From Mustelus asterias (Eukaryota): DNA of 64,000 nucleotides. Numbering within the stretch: the first letter of the stretch is position 1; every line of letters starts with the position of its first letter. A program made the position numbers and the translations under genes. Below the pieces are notes generated by a model that was not told where the DNA came from, did not search any database, and saw nothing but the letters and a program-made list of their open reading frames with translations. The DNA lies in assembly GCF_964213995.1 (NCBI RefSeq), contig NC_135830.1, positions 16,492,001 through 16,556,000 on the forward strand, written 5' to 3'. Shown here one piece after another: positions 35,661 through 47,768 of this stretch.

Positions 35661-36666
35661 CTGCATTTAATTTTACTGCAGTGTAATTATCAACCTGTGA
35701 TAAACCATCTTGTGGTAATTCTGCTGAACAACATTAACTTATCACCGATAATGGACCGTGGGTTCCAGCCCCAAGTCGGGCGCCATCGGTTTTAAACTTT
35801 GCTGCTTTTCTGGGTGAACTCCAGCTCTCCATTCCTCCGGCAGCGTCACCGCTCAAACTGAGTCCTTCTCCATCCCGCTTTATTAATCTCACAGTTACTG
35901 TTTTCTCAGTGAAAGCTGCCTCCATTTCACTGGAGGTCGGAGAGTTTACTGTTTAATTCAATTAAACGTTTTCTTTTCAATGAACTCGAGATTTGGATAC
36001 AGTGGAAACAATAAAATCTACTCCATCAACAGCCAGATTTTACCCCGCGTCACCATCTATATCTTCAGCACTTTGTAACCTATTGCTCTCTTCTTTTTTG
36101 TTCTTGACATGTGACATTTCCAACTCAGACACAAAAGAGGAAATCTACCTTGTACTGATTCTGACAGAACTGGTGCAGACCTGGAAGTAACGCAGGATTT
36201 TTCTGTAGCAAGAAATCGACATTCCCTGACCGAGGGCAAAATCTCAGGATGAGGCGCTGATGACTCAGGACTGAGATGGGAAACATTTCTTCACTCAAAG
36301 GGTAGTGAATTTTCGGAATTGTCTACGCACGAGTATTGTCGATGCTCCGTCATTGAATACATTTCAGTCTGGGTTAAAGAGATTTAAGATCTTTCCAGGA
36401 ATGAATGGAAGCAGGGATATGGAATTGGAACAAATGCTCAGCCACAAATTCATTTTTCGATTGTAATTGTTAAGTTTAATGGTATAATTGAAGCCTGTAT
36501 ATAATGTAACATGTAATATGTTTGAAATCAATAGTCATTAAATAACACAACATAACAGTACAGCCGGAAACACTTGAGAGCTATTTTTTATTGACGCCCA
36601 CAGGCCCATTGCCAACCGGCAGCTGTTTGCAAATGAATGCTGATGGTGAGAAAACAGTAAAAGCGC

Positions 36667-36746
36667 TGTTTCTGGGTGGTGGTGGTCTTGAACCACCAGC
36701 CTTTCGGTTAATAGCCGAACGCGCTGACCAATTGCGTTAGAGAGAC
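36667..36746 (-). pseudogene. tRNA-Asn pseudogene (anticodon ATT)
   Basis: Inverted paralog of the 17377 copy, with a broken A box and a (CCA)n slippage insertion in the T-stem. Confidence 0.72.
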
Positions 36747-37820
36747 TGAAAGATATTCTTAGATAGGTTTTCAATGACCACAATTGTTGTTCTTCAAAAC
36801 CTGATTCAGAACTGCAGCATGACCGCACAGTTTTCAATTCTATGCAAGTCTCTTTGGTTACGTTGATCCCGCAGCATTGCTGTGGTGTCTTTGTTATTCG
36901 CTTTCTCCGATGGAAGTGCAGGTTAAATGAATCCATATCTCTTATCACAAAAACAGTAACTGGTGTGTCCAGTTGCACAGTTACATTAATTGATGCACGT
37001 AACTTATGGTTGTAGAATCATAGAATTCCTACAGTGCAGACGGAGACCATTCGACCCATCGGGTCTGCGCCGACCACAATCCAACCCAGGCCCTGTTCCC
37101 GTAACCCCACAAGTTTACCTTGATAATCCCCCTTACACTCGGGTTAATTCAGCATGGCCAATCAACCTAATTGATATAAGATTGATCAATCGATCTGAGA
37201 TACATTAAGTGGTTTTCCACGCCTTTCTCTGCCTCTGTGTTCCTGACTGATTCTTTACTGATTTATGACAACTATGCCCATTTCCATTTCCTAGTCTTTA
37301 ACGTAAACATTTAATGCTTCTTCTGTTACATTGTAGATTCATTCAAACCTCTCCAATCTGGCTGCTCGGCGGTCCAGCTTTCCATCCATATCGCTGTTGA
37401 AGATTTCGCTTTGTATTGAATCATTTACTAATCCTGACACTCCTGGTGCGAATCCGCTGGTCCGCAGTATGGAATGAACATTCGACTGCCGCTCTTAAAG
37501 AGAGGCAAAGTTATAGAATTACCCAAGTGACATTGTTATTGAGTTCAGCTCTTTGCAGATAAATCCTACCTATGACCACATTGCCTATGTTAGCTCCCGC
37601 CCACAGCTTTCCTGTGCCGTTCTAACTCTGATCAGTCTCACCTGTGCTGTTTTGTTAGAGATTTTATTGTCGATGTTGAGCTTTGCTGCTTTTTCCTTTT
37701 TGGCATCTTTTGGATCAGCAGTACAATGGGGTGGCAAGCTATACTTCCACTCCGAAAAAAGGATTTCACATACTGCAAAGTTACAAATTGAGGGAACATC
37801 ATTTGGAAATATCTCAGACC

Positions 37821-38329
37821 CAGTGGCGGATTAACTACCACCCGGAACCGTAGGCTGAGCTTTAGTAAAGCCCCCTGACCTTGCCCCCTGTCCCCTACCC
37901 CACCCTTCGTTGTATAGAATAAAGTGACGTTAAGTGACGTCAGATAACTTACATCGTTGTACTATGTATAATGTATTACATACATAATATCATAATGTTA
38001 TATGAATCAATTACAGCCCTTTTATTCATTTATTTTTCGTTTTCTTTACATTTGTACTTTAAAAAAACTTCCGTGTTTTTTGGTTTACGAAAGTGTCGAT
38101 AACAGCATGTAAATCAACAGATCGAAGCATGTCTGATTCAATGTGCATGTGTGCCAGATGACTAAGTTTCTCTTCGCTCATTGTTGAGCGCAAATTGATT
38201 TTGATCCTCTTCAGTGCCGAAAAATGAACGCTCACCTGAACAGTTAGTGATTTTTTTTGCTCTCGAGCCCCCCTCCCTTCCGGGCCCCTAGGCTTAAGCC
38301 TACTCAGCCTAATGGTTAATCCGCCACTG
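37821..38329 (-). mobile_element. Non-autonomous hAT (Tip100-like) DNA transposon
   Basis: TIRs CAGTGGCGGATTAAC, perfect 8-bp TSD CTCAGACC (37813-37820 and 38330-38337), and a hAT dimerisation-domain remnant FSALKRIKINLRSTMSEEKLSHLAHMHIE. Confidence 0.93.
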
Positions 38330-38944
38330 CTCAGACCATTCATTACTCGATCACTTCTGGTGAAGTAGATGTTTGAACTAAAAACAATCATCCTCCCCCG
38401 CACCATAGCTGCTATCCCAAACATGATTACTTGCCATGTTGCTGTAAGGATGGATATTGTCATTCTCCATGTCAGAACAGAGCCATCAGGACACAGGGGA
38501 TCAGTCGGTTGCTGAAGTGACAGCTGAAGAGGAAAGCAATCCTCTGTCGTGGCCTGTGACACTGAATCTCAAAGGACAGAATGAATCCAGGAGATGACTT
38601 GTGATTTCTGTCTTCAATCTCATGAACTTCACGACGATGATTCAGAAGCAGTAAACGATAACAAATTTCAACTATAAAGCTGGTTGCTATCAATATTTAC
38701 ACCGCAGCTGTTAAAGTCCTTGGCATTTATTGTAAACAGACATTTCCCCTTTACAGTAGTGCCCGGGCTATACATCACACACCTCCCTGGCAGCAAGCAT
38801 TATCTGCCCACAAATCAAATAGCCATATCCGAATGATCGAACTCTACACAGATCAACAGATATTAGACAAATATGCTTGTTCAGCAAGATAAACCGATGC
38901 GCACTGACAAACTGAACCAGCACCAATGACTGGCTCAGAGTCAC

Positions 38945-39829
38945 AGGGTCAGAATGCCACACAGTACAGAAGAGGCCCTGCGGCCACTTGTGTCAGCAAC
39001 GACAAAACTACATTAATCGCACTCCTCAGCACTTGGCCCAGAATCTTGCATAATTGATCTTTCAGGAGCTCATCCACGTAGCTTTGATGGTTGTAAGGTT
39101 TTCTACCTCTTCACCCTCCCAGGCACTGCATTCCAGACTGCCGGCGCCCTCTGGATGACGACACCCCGCCCACCCCTCTCAGTTCCTCAACTTAGATTTT
39201 GTGCCCCCTCATCCTTTATCCTTCAACTGGGAGGAACAGCCACTTCATATCCACCATGAACATATGCCTCATAATCTTGTACACTCAATCAGGTCCCCAC
39301 TTCACCTTCTCTGTTGTAATAAAAGCAACAAGAGGCGAACCGGCCTCTCTTCATTGTTCAAATTCTCCTGGTGAATCTCATCAACACTTTCTCCGTCGCC
39401 ACAAAATCCTTCCTATCGTGTGACGACCAGAACTGCACACAGTTATCCACCTGTGGCCTACACAAAGTTTTGTGCAGCTCCAATATAACCTCTCTCCCTA
39501 ATAATCCCTGCAAGATCGATGATGACAAGCTGCCCATATGCATTTTAAACTACCCTACTCAAGTGCTCTGTTGCCTTTCAGGACCTGTGGAGCAGGCCAG
39601 AAGCTTCTATGGTCTTGCAATTCGTTGATTACGCCCTTGCCTTCTCAATCCTTTCAAAATGCATCAGCTCGCCCTTCTTGGCGTTCAATCGGTCACCGAT
39701 CTGCTCATTTTACCAACTTGGCTACATCTTCGTGCTAACTAAGACCTGCTTCCTCACTACTAAGCATTCTGCCAATCTTGGTGTCATCTGTAATCGAGCA
39801 CAATCATCCCATCGCCCCTACCCCCACAA

Positions 39830-39867
<38 letters not shown>

Positions 39868-40290
39868 TCCCATACTAATCATTGATATATATCATGAACA
39901 ATAAGGCAACGAGCACTGATCCCTGTGGTACACTTCTGGATACCGGTCTCCAGTTCGACAAAGCGCCTTCTACCACCACTCTCTGTGTCTTAACACTGAG
40001 TCAGTTATGGATCCAACTTGTCAAGTTGCCCTGGATCCAATGTACTTTTATCTTATTGATCAGTCTGCACTACAATAAATTGTCAAAGGTTTTGCTGGGA
40101 TCCATAGAAGCTACATCAATTGTACTTCCCTCATCTACGCATCCAATCAGCTTGTTGAAAAATGCATCACATTTATTCGGCATCATCTCCCTCTGACAAA
40201 GTCCTGCTGACTGTCGCTGAGTAAACCTGGACTCGCCAAGTGGAGATTGATGCTCTGCTTCTGAATTATCTCCAGTTTGCTGAAAACTGA
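38945..40290 (-). mobile_element. Old decayed CR1 fragment containing a (CA)n tract at about 39832-39866
   Basis: RPQVDNCVQFWSSHDRKD..RFTR and remnants of the PQGSVL region. Confidence 0.7.
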
Positions 40291-40681
40291 TGTTTTAAAC
40301 ATTGACCAATAATTCGCATGTACATCCACCAACAGCAAAAAATAAACAAATCCCATTATCTAATAAACAGTAATTAGTGAAGTTTGCAAACATGGTCAGA
40401 CTCAGTGACCATAGTATAATTCCAAGCAATTTAAAATGATCTCGCGACAATTGGTACTCAGTCTGTCCTGAAACTGACATACTAATGATGGGTTGACAAC
40501 AAACCATGCTTTGACCAAGAACTTGTTAACTGACTGAATTCACTGATGGAATCTTATTGATGTTCCGCGGGCTGATCATCGAACATAGAACATAGAACAG
40601 TACAGCACAGAACAGGCCCTTCGGCCCACGATGTTTTGCCGAGCTTTATCTGAAACCAGGATCAAGCTATCCCACTCCCTA

Positions 40682-43450
40682 TCATCCTGGTGTGCTCCAT
40701 GTGCCTATCCAATAACCGCTTAATGTTCCTAAAGTGTCTGACTCCACTATCACTGCAGGCAGTCCATTCCACACCCCAACCACTCTCTGCGTAAAGAACC
40801 TACCTCTGATATCGATCCTATATCTCCCAACATGAACCCTATAGTTATGCCCCCTTGTAATAGCTCCATCCACCCGAGGAAATAGTCTTTGAACGTTCAC
40901 TCTATCTATCCCCTTCATCATTTTATAAACCTCTATTAAGTCTCCCCTCAGCCTCCTCCGCTCCAGAGAGAACAGCCCTAGCTCCCTCAACCTTTCCTCA
41001 TAAGACCTACCCTCCAAACCAGGAAGCATCCTGGTAAATCTCCTCTGCACTCTTTCCAGCGCTTCCACATCCTTCTTATAGTGAGGTGACCAGAACTGCA
41101 CACAATATTCCAAATGTGGTCTCACCAAGGTCCCGTACAGTTGCAGCATAACCTTCCGGCTCTTAAACTCCAACCCCCTGTTAATAAAAGCTAACACACT
41201 ATAGGCCTTCTTCACAGCTCTATCCACTTGAGTGGCAACCTTTAGAGATCTGTGGATATGGACCCCAAGATCTCTCTGTTCCTCCACAGTCTTCAGAACC
41301 CTACCTTTGACCCTGTAATCCACATTTAAATTAGTCCTACCAAACTGAATCACCTCACATTTATCAGGGTTAAACTCCATTTGCCATTTTTCAGCCCAGC
41401 TTTGCATCCTATCTATGTCTCTTGGCAGCCTACAACAGCCCTCCACCTCATCCACTACTCCACCAATCTTGGTGTCATCAGCAACTTTACTGATCCACCC
41501 TACAGCCCCCTCCTCTAAGTCATTAATAAAAATCACAAAGAGCAGAGGACCAAGCACTGATCCCTGTGGCGCTCCGCCAGCAACCTGTCTCCAGTCCAAA
41601 AATTTTCCATCCACCACCAACCTCTGTCTTCGATCAGACAGCCAGTTACCTATCCAATCTGCCAACTTTCCCTCCATCCCACACCTCACTTTCATCATAA
41701 GCCGACCATGGGGGACCTTATCAAACGCTTTACTAAAATCCATGTATATGCCATCAACTGCCCTACCTTCATCAACACACTTAGTTACCTCCTCAAAAAA
41801 TTCAATCAAATTTGTGAGGCACGACTTGCCCTTCACGAATCCGTGCTGACTATCCCGGATTAATCCGCATCTTTCTAAATGGTCATAAATCCCATCCCTA
41901 AGGACATTTTCCATCAATTTGCCAACCACCGAAGTAAGACTAACTGGTCTATAATTACCAGGGTCATTTCTATTCCCTTTCTTAAACAGAGGAACAACAT
42001 TCGCCACTCTCCAGTCCTCTGGCACCATCCCCGTGGACAGTGAGGACCCAAAGATCAAAGCCAAAGGCTCTGCAATCTCATCCCTTGCCTCCCAAAGAAT
42101 CTTAGGATACATTTCATCAGGCCCAGGGGACCTATCGACCTTCAGTTTATTCAAAACTGCCAGGACATCCTCCCTCCGAACAACTATTTCCTCCAGCCTA
42201 TTAGCCTGTAACACCTTCTCTTCCTCAAAAACATGGCCCCTCTCCTTGGTGAACACTGAAGAAAAGTATTCACTCATCACCTCGCCTATCTCTACTGACT
42301 CCATACACAAGTTCCCACTGCTGTCCTTGACTGGCCCTAACCTCACCTGGTCATTCTATTATTCCACACATAAGAGTAAAAAGCCTTGGGGTTTTCATTG
42401 ATCTGACCCGCCAAGGACTTCTCATGTCCCCTCCTAGCTCTCCTAAGCCCCCTTTTCAGCTCGTTCCTTGCTAACTTGTAACCCTCAATCGCGCCATCTG
42501 AACCTTGTTTCCTCATCCCTACATAAGCTTCCCTCTTCCTTTTCACAAGACATTCCACCTCTTTCATGATCCATGGTTCCCTCACTCGGCCATTTCCTCC
42601 CTGCCTGACAGGGACATACCTGTCAAGGACACCCAGTATTTGTTCCTTGAAAAAGTTCCACTTTTCATTAGTGCCTTTCCCTGACAGTTTCTGTTCCCAA
42701 CTTATGCCCCCTAATTCTTGCCTAATCGCATCATAATTACCTCTCCCCCAATTGTAAACCTTGCTCTGCCGTACGGCCCTATCCCTCTCCATTGCAATAA
42801 CAAAAGACACCGAATTGTGGTCAGTATCTCCAAAGTGCTCTCCCACAACCAAATCTAACACTTGGCCCGATTCATTTCCCAGTCCCAAATCCAATGTGGC
42901 CTCACCTCTTGTCGGCCTATCCACATATTGTGTCAGGAAACCCTCCTGCACACACTGCACAAAAACTGCTCCATCCAAACTATTTGACCTACCAAGGTTC
43001 CAATCAATATTTGGAAAGTTGAAGTCCCCCATGACAACTACCCTGTGACCCCCACACATATCCATAATCTGCTTTGCAATTTCTTCCTCCACATCTCTAT
43101 TACTATTTGGGGGCCTATAGTAAACTCCTAACAACGTGACCGCTCCTTTCCTATTTCTAACTTCAGCCCATATTACCTCAGTGTGCAGATCCCCCTCGAA
43201 ATGCCTTTCCGCAGCCGTTAAACAATCCTTGATTAACAGTGCCGCTCCTCCACCTCTTTTACCAGCTTCCCTACACTTACTGAAACATCTATACCCCGGA
43301 ACGTCCAACAACCATTCCTGTCCTTGTTCTACCCACGTCTCCGTAATGGCCATAACATCGTAGTCCCAAGTACCAATCCACGCTCCAAGTTCATCTACTT
43401 TGTTCTGGATGCTCCTTGCATTGAAGTAGACACACTTCAAACCACCTTCC
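40682..43450 (-). pseudogene. CR1 ORF2 (APE endonuclease plus RT), frameshifted
   Basis: FNARSI, ITETW, YRPPN, GDFNFP, DHN and PQGSVLGP. FADD is changed to VADD. Frameshifts at about 42345 and near the C-terminus. Confidence 0.9.
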
Positions 43451-43553
43451 TGTCTACCGATACCCACCCTTGACCTTGATACCTTCCCCACGACCTCACC
43501 ACCCTCAACACTGACTTCTGGACTACAACTCCTTTTCCCACTCCCCTGACAAA

Positions 43554-44480
43554 TTAGTTTAAACACCCCTGAAGAGCTGTAGCAAATTTCCCTCCCAGGA
43601 TATTGGTGGCCCTCTGGTTCAGGTGCACCCCGTCCTGTTTGTACATGTCCCACCTTCCCCAGAATGTGTTCCAATTATTCACGTATCTGAAACCCTCCCT
43701 CCTCCACCATCCCTGCAACCACCTGTTTAACTGCACTCTCTCCCTGTTCCTCAACTCGCTATCACATGGCACCGGTAACATACCAGAGTTGACCACATGA
43801 TTTGTCTTGGCTCTCAGCTTCCAGCCCAGCTCCCGAAATTCCTGTTTTAAATCCCCGTCCCTTCTCTTACCTATGTCGTTGGTACCAATGTGTACCACGA
43901 CTTGTGACTGTTTCCCCTCCCCCATAAGAATCCGGAAGACACGGTCCGAGACGTCACAGACCCTGGCAGCCGGTAGGCAACATACCATCCTCGAGTCTCT
44001 TTTGCTGCCACAGAACCTCCTATCTATCCCTCTAACTAACGAGTCCCCAATAACTATTGCCCTCCCGTTCTTCCCCTTACCCTCCCAAGCCACAGAGACG
44101 GACACAGTGCTGGAGATCCTCTCACTGCGGCTCACCACTGGTATGTCGTCCCCCTCAACCGTATCCAAAGCGGAATACTTGTTGCTAAGGGGAACGACCA
44201 CAGGGGATCCCTGCACTGACTGCTTCCTCGCAGCCCCTCTCACTGTCACCCATCTATTTTCATTCCTCAGAGTAACTGTATCCCTAAACCTTCTGTCTCT
44301 GGCCACCTCTGCGTCCCTCATGATCCTAAGTTCATCCAACTCCAGCTCCAGTTCCCTAACACGGTTTTGGAGGAGCTGCAGATGGGTGCACTTCCCACAG
44401 GTGTAATCAGCAGGGACACTGACGTCGTCCCTCACCTCAAACATACTGCAAGAGGAACATTGCACTGCCTGCACACCCAT
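43554..44480 (-). CDS. CR1 ORF1 (zinc finger/coiled coil plus SGNH esterase)
   Basis: CSSC..CGKC, LQNRVRELELEL, IVIGDSLVRG, VHIGTNDIG and DGVHLN; the frame is open. Confidence 0.85.
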   Translation of the reverse strand: MGVQAVQCSSCSMFEVRDDVSVPADYTCGKCTHLQLLQNRVRELELELDELRIMRDAEVARDRRFRDTVTLRNENRWVTVRGAARKQSVQGSPVVVPLSNKYSALDTVEGDDIPVVSRSERISSTVSVSVAWEGKGKNGRAIVIGDSLVRGIDRRFCGSKRDSRMVCCLPAARVCDVSDRVFRILMGEGKQSQVVVHIGTNDIGKRRDGDLKQEFRELGWKLRAKTNHVVNSGMLPVPCDSELRNRERVQLNRWLQGWWRREGFRYVNNWNTFWGRWDMYKQDGVHLNQRATNILGGKFATALQGCLN

Positions 44481-44855
44481 CCCCTCTAGATACCTTGCCA
44501 GTACCAGGTAGAAACAGCAAAAATGAGTTAAACTCACCCCTGCCTCGCCCTTTCCCCCGAAACCCTGTGAGCCAAAGCCCTTACAGCTTTCACTCAGCTT
44601 CCCACTCACTCCCCTGCCCGCTCCCGACGTTGCCCGCTGTATAGAGTGACTTTTATACTAAAAAACACAATCTGCCAGAATCCCCTGCCGCCTACTCCCA
44701 CTTCCTCAGAGTTTAAACCCTTGAAAAAAGCCCGCGAAAAAACGGATTAAATAAATCAATAAATAAATCACAGCACTTTACTCACCCTCAGTACTCCTGC
44801 TGAGAATCTCTCCCTCTGTCCTGCACCACTTCGAACAAATGGGCAGGATATCGTC

Positions 44856-45058
44856 AGAAGTCTCACAACACCAGGTTAAAGTCCAAAGGTGTATTTGGTA
44901 TCACGAGCTTTCAGAGCACTGCTCCTTCATCAGGTGAGTGATGAAAGAGCAGCGCTCCTCGTGCTCGTGATGCGAAATGAACCTGTTGGACTTTAACGTG
45001 TTGTTGTGAGACTTCTTACTGCGCCCACCCCAGTCCAACGCCGACATCTCCACATCGT
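44856..45058. mobile_element. Head-to-head inverted Penelope-type termini with hammerhead motif
   Basis: Minus-strand arm 44856-44937 and plus-strand arm 44938-45058, both from the 25234 family. Confidence 0.75.
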
Positions 45059-47722
45059 GGTCAGGATGTAGATAGCAGAGAGAGACATTGAATGTTCCTT
45101 TGTACAAAGGAATTGAACCATTCCAAAACAGTGCAAAGGTGGGCAAGTGAGTTCGATTACTAATTGCCCCCTAGTGTCCCAAGATGTATAAATTCGGTGT
45201 TTAGCGGGATAAATATGTGGCGTTACAGGGATAAAGCATGAGTAAGTTGCTCTGTTGGAGAGCCAGTTCAGGCTCGATACGTCGAATGACCTCCTGCTGC
45301 AAAATAGGGATCCTATGGTTCAATCACTGAGTGTTAACCTGTGAGTTCCGGGATTGGGGTTAATGCTTATATGATGCGATCTTAGTTGATGCTGAGGCAA
45401 ATAAAATTCTTCCCCAAGACATTTAGACACTGATTAAACAAACAGTCAAATAACCAATATATTTTTGCGAGGAGATGTGAGACGTGAGAAATTTTAGCTG
45501 GAAAATTATGTTCGGCAGACAGGTGCTGCCAAATGGAAAGATGAATGCTAATGATATCAAAGAGCAACCAATGCTTGCTAATTCAACCTCCATAAACTGA
45601 ATCGATACGCACAGTATTTCCTAAATAACCAGTACGTGGGAGAATAATGAGACTCCACCCTAATAATGAGTCTCCACCCTATACCAATATCCGAAGCTCT
45701 AATTTCCATGGCACCCAGGACCTGCCTAAGACTTTCTCTCTTCACAAAGTGACTGCAGTGCTTAAGCCGCCCTCTCAGTAATAAAGGAAGTCAGGGATGC
45801 CAACGTCACAAAATGACCCATATGGAAATCATCCTTTGTTTGTAGTTAATCATTTCATAGATTGGATACATTTTTGAGAACTGAAACACATTGAAATTGA
45901 CCAAAAACTGTAAAGATATTTTGTAACTAAAGGAGGAGCTGTACCCATTATCCAAAGTTCTTATCTGCTCTCATCTCAACACTATAAGTGAACTTGTGCA
46001 CCCGGTCTGCTGTGTTAACGGGGGAAGCACTGAGGGATAATAGATATGGGGCTGAATGGTGGACCCACAGCTTCTACGCGTTGCAAGGTCTATGTGTTAT
46101 CTATTGATTTATGCAGCCCAGGCAATCGTTTTAATCTCAGACCATTGATTTCAATGTTGTTGAACACAAGTGAAATTTTATAAGGTTTAGCGACACACTA
46201 TTCCTGGAGTCCCCGATAACCCTGTAGGAATATTTGTAGATGCCATTGTCATATGCTGCGAGTGAATTCATGAAGGTACTTGAAGTTTTACATGTCCCAG
46301 TGCACTGCCCGACACAAGTTCGAAAGTCCTATTGCAATCCGTCAATGTTAAAGGGCAGCAGCGACTAACATGCGAGCAGAGACATGGCCACAAGGCCAGG
46401 TGCTTCCTGCCTGTTCAGCAAACAGGAAAACGCGCAGCGAGTGTTCTGAGGCTGCGCAGACAGTGAGCTGCTTCGGGATGACACAAAGTATAACTCAATA
46501 CCAATTGTTCAGCTTCTCAGGAATCATTTCTTCCTGTAGGGAACAAATATGTTTGTGGGCTTCCCTTCTCTCAACGCGGCTCTGTGAAGACATTCACTCA
46601 AATTACTGTCAAGTTGATCATGAAAATAAAGTTACATTTGTCCAGCAGATAAGAAATATTTCTGAGCCGCATCGTCCCGCCGAACTCTGTCACTCTAAAC
46701 TGGGCGGAGGCAGCAAAATCGCTCAGAGATGTAATGGTGGCCTCGACAGTATGTTCAAAAAGTAATTAAGTTCAAATAGAGAACAACAGTCTTTTAACAG
46801 AAGCATTTCATCCAAGATTTCCGTACGGAGGTGCTACAGATAAGTAGACATGCATAAATTGGGCTCTCTGTCCTTCGAGAATATTGTTCTCCAAATAGAG
46901 ACAGTAAAAACTTCGGAAGTTGTTCTTAGAACAAGTAGGAAAAGGCTGATTTTCACTCGGACAAAGATTTATTTTTATTCCAGATGTTACAGATTTGAAC
47001 TTCTTGCTTGAGTTGCTGCTGGAGTGAAGTCTATTCACTTTTCCCTTGTGAAGATGTTAAAATCAGGTTGTGAATACATGCTGTATTCGGACTCCACTGG
47101 ATTCTTGAACTGCCGATCAGACTGGACTTGTCACTGATAGATTTCTTGAGGAAAGTGAATGGATCTGACATGCAATTGATGCATTTTCTCCACATCGCAC
47201 CAATCCATTTCCCCTGGATTTAACCTGAAAATTTTAACCCTTATCCTGTCCACGGCCTTCAACTGTTTCTCGGAAATGGTTCGTTGAAGTAAGCGGTAAA
47301 ACAGTGCAAAAACAATATACATAATCCAGTGCAGGCCGAATATGATTTGCAAACATTTTCCATATGCATTTCCTTCACTCGCCTGTGTCTCTGCTGTAAG
47401 ATATGATGATTCGATGATCCGATGCTGGGTTGGTGACTCGTTTCCTTTTCAAAAATGTAGGCCTCATTAGCTGCACAGGACAAGGAGGTGGATATAACTG
47501 TCACTGATATCTTTTATCAAACGGCAATTGACATTTCACACACCAATTCGGAGCATCAATTAGTCAGACGGGAGGAAACATTATTTTCTGAACACAGCTT
47601 TCTCAAAGAATTCATTCCTGGAGCGTTTGGTATTTCAGAAAGTGTTGGAAGGACAGCCCGGTACCGATGTACAAAACTCGGTGAACATTCAAGTCTGATC
47701 GCAGTAACCGACAGTCGGGACG

Positions 47723-47768
47723 ATGCTGCGCTCTTTCCTGACTCTAATTACATTGCAGCTTCTCAACT
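47723..47768 (+). CDS. Probable leader exon of the SRCR gene
   Basis: ATG, MLRSFLTLITLQLLN plus 1 nt, strong donor gtgagt. Phase 1 fits the downstream exons. Confidence 0.6.

Larger units (their letters stand above)
40581..44835 (-). mobile_element. Near-full-length CR1 (HER1-like) LINE
   Basis: 5' UTR, ORF1, ORF2 (endonuclease plus RT), 3' UTR and (AGAACAT)n tail. The 5' boundary is approximate. Confidence 0.95.

Noticed and set aside
36667-36746. Rare Asn-ATT isoacceptor
   Set aside because: Broken A box and a T-stem insertion; it is a pseudogene of Asn-GTT.
46370-47504. Several 70-130 aa ORFs upstream of the SRCR leader
   Set aside because: No recognisable domain or consistent splice structure.
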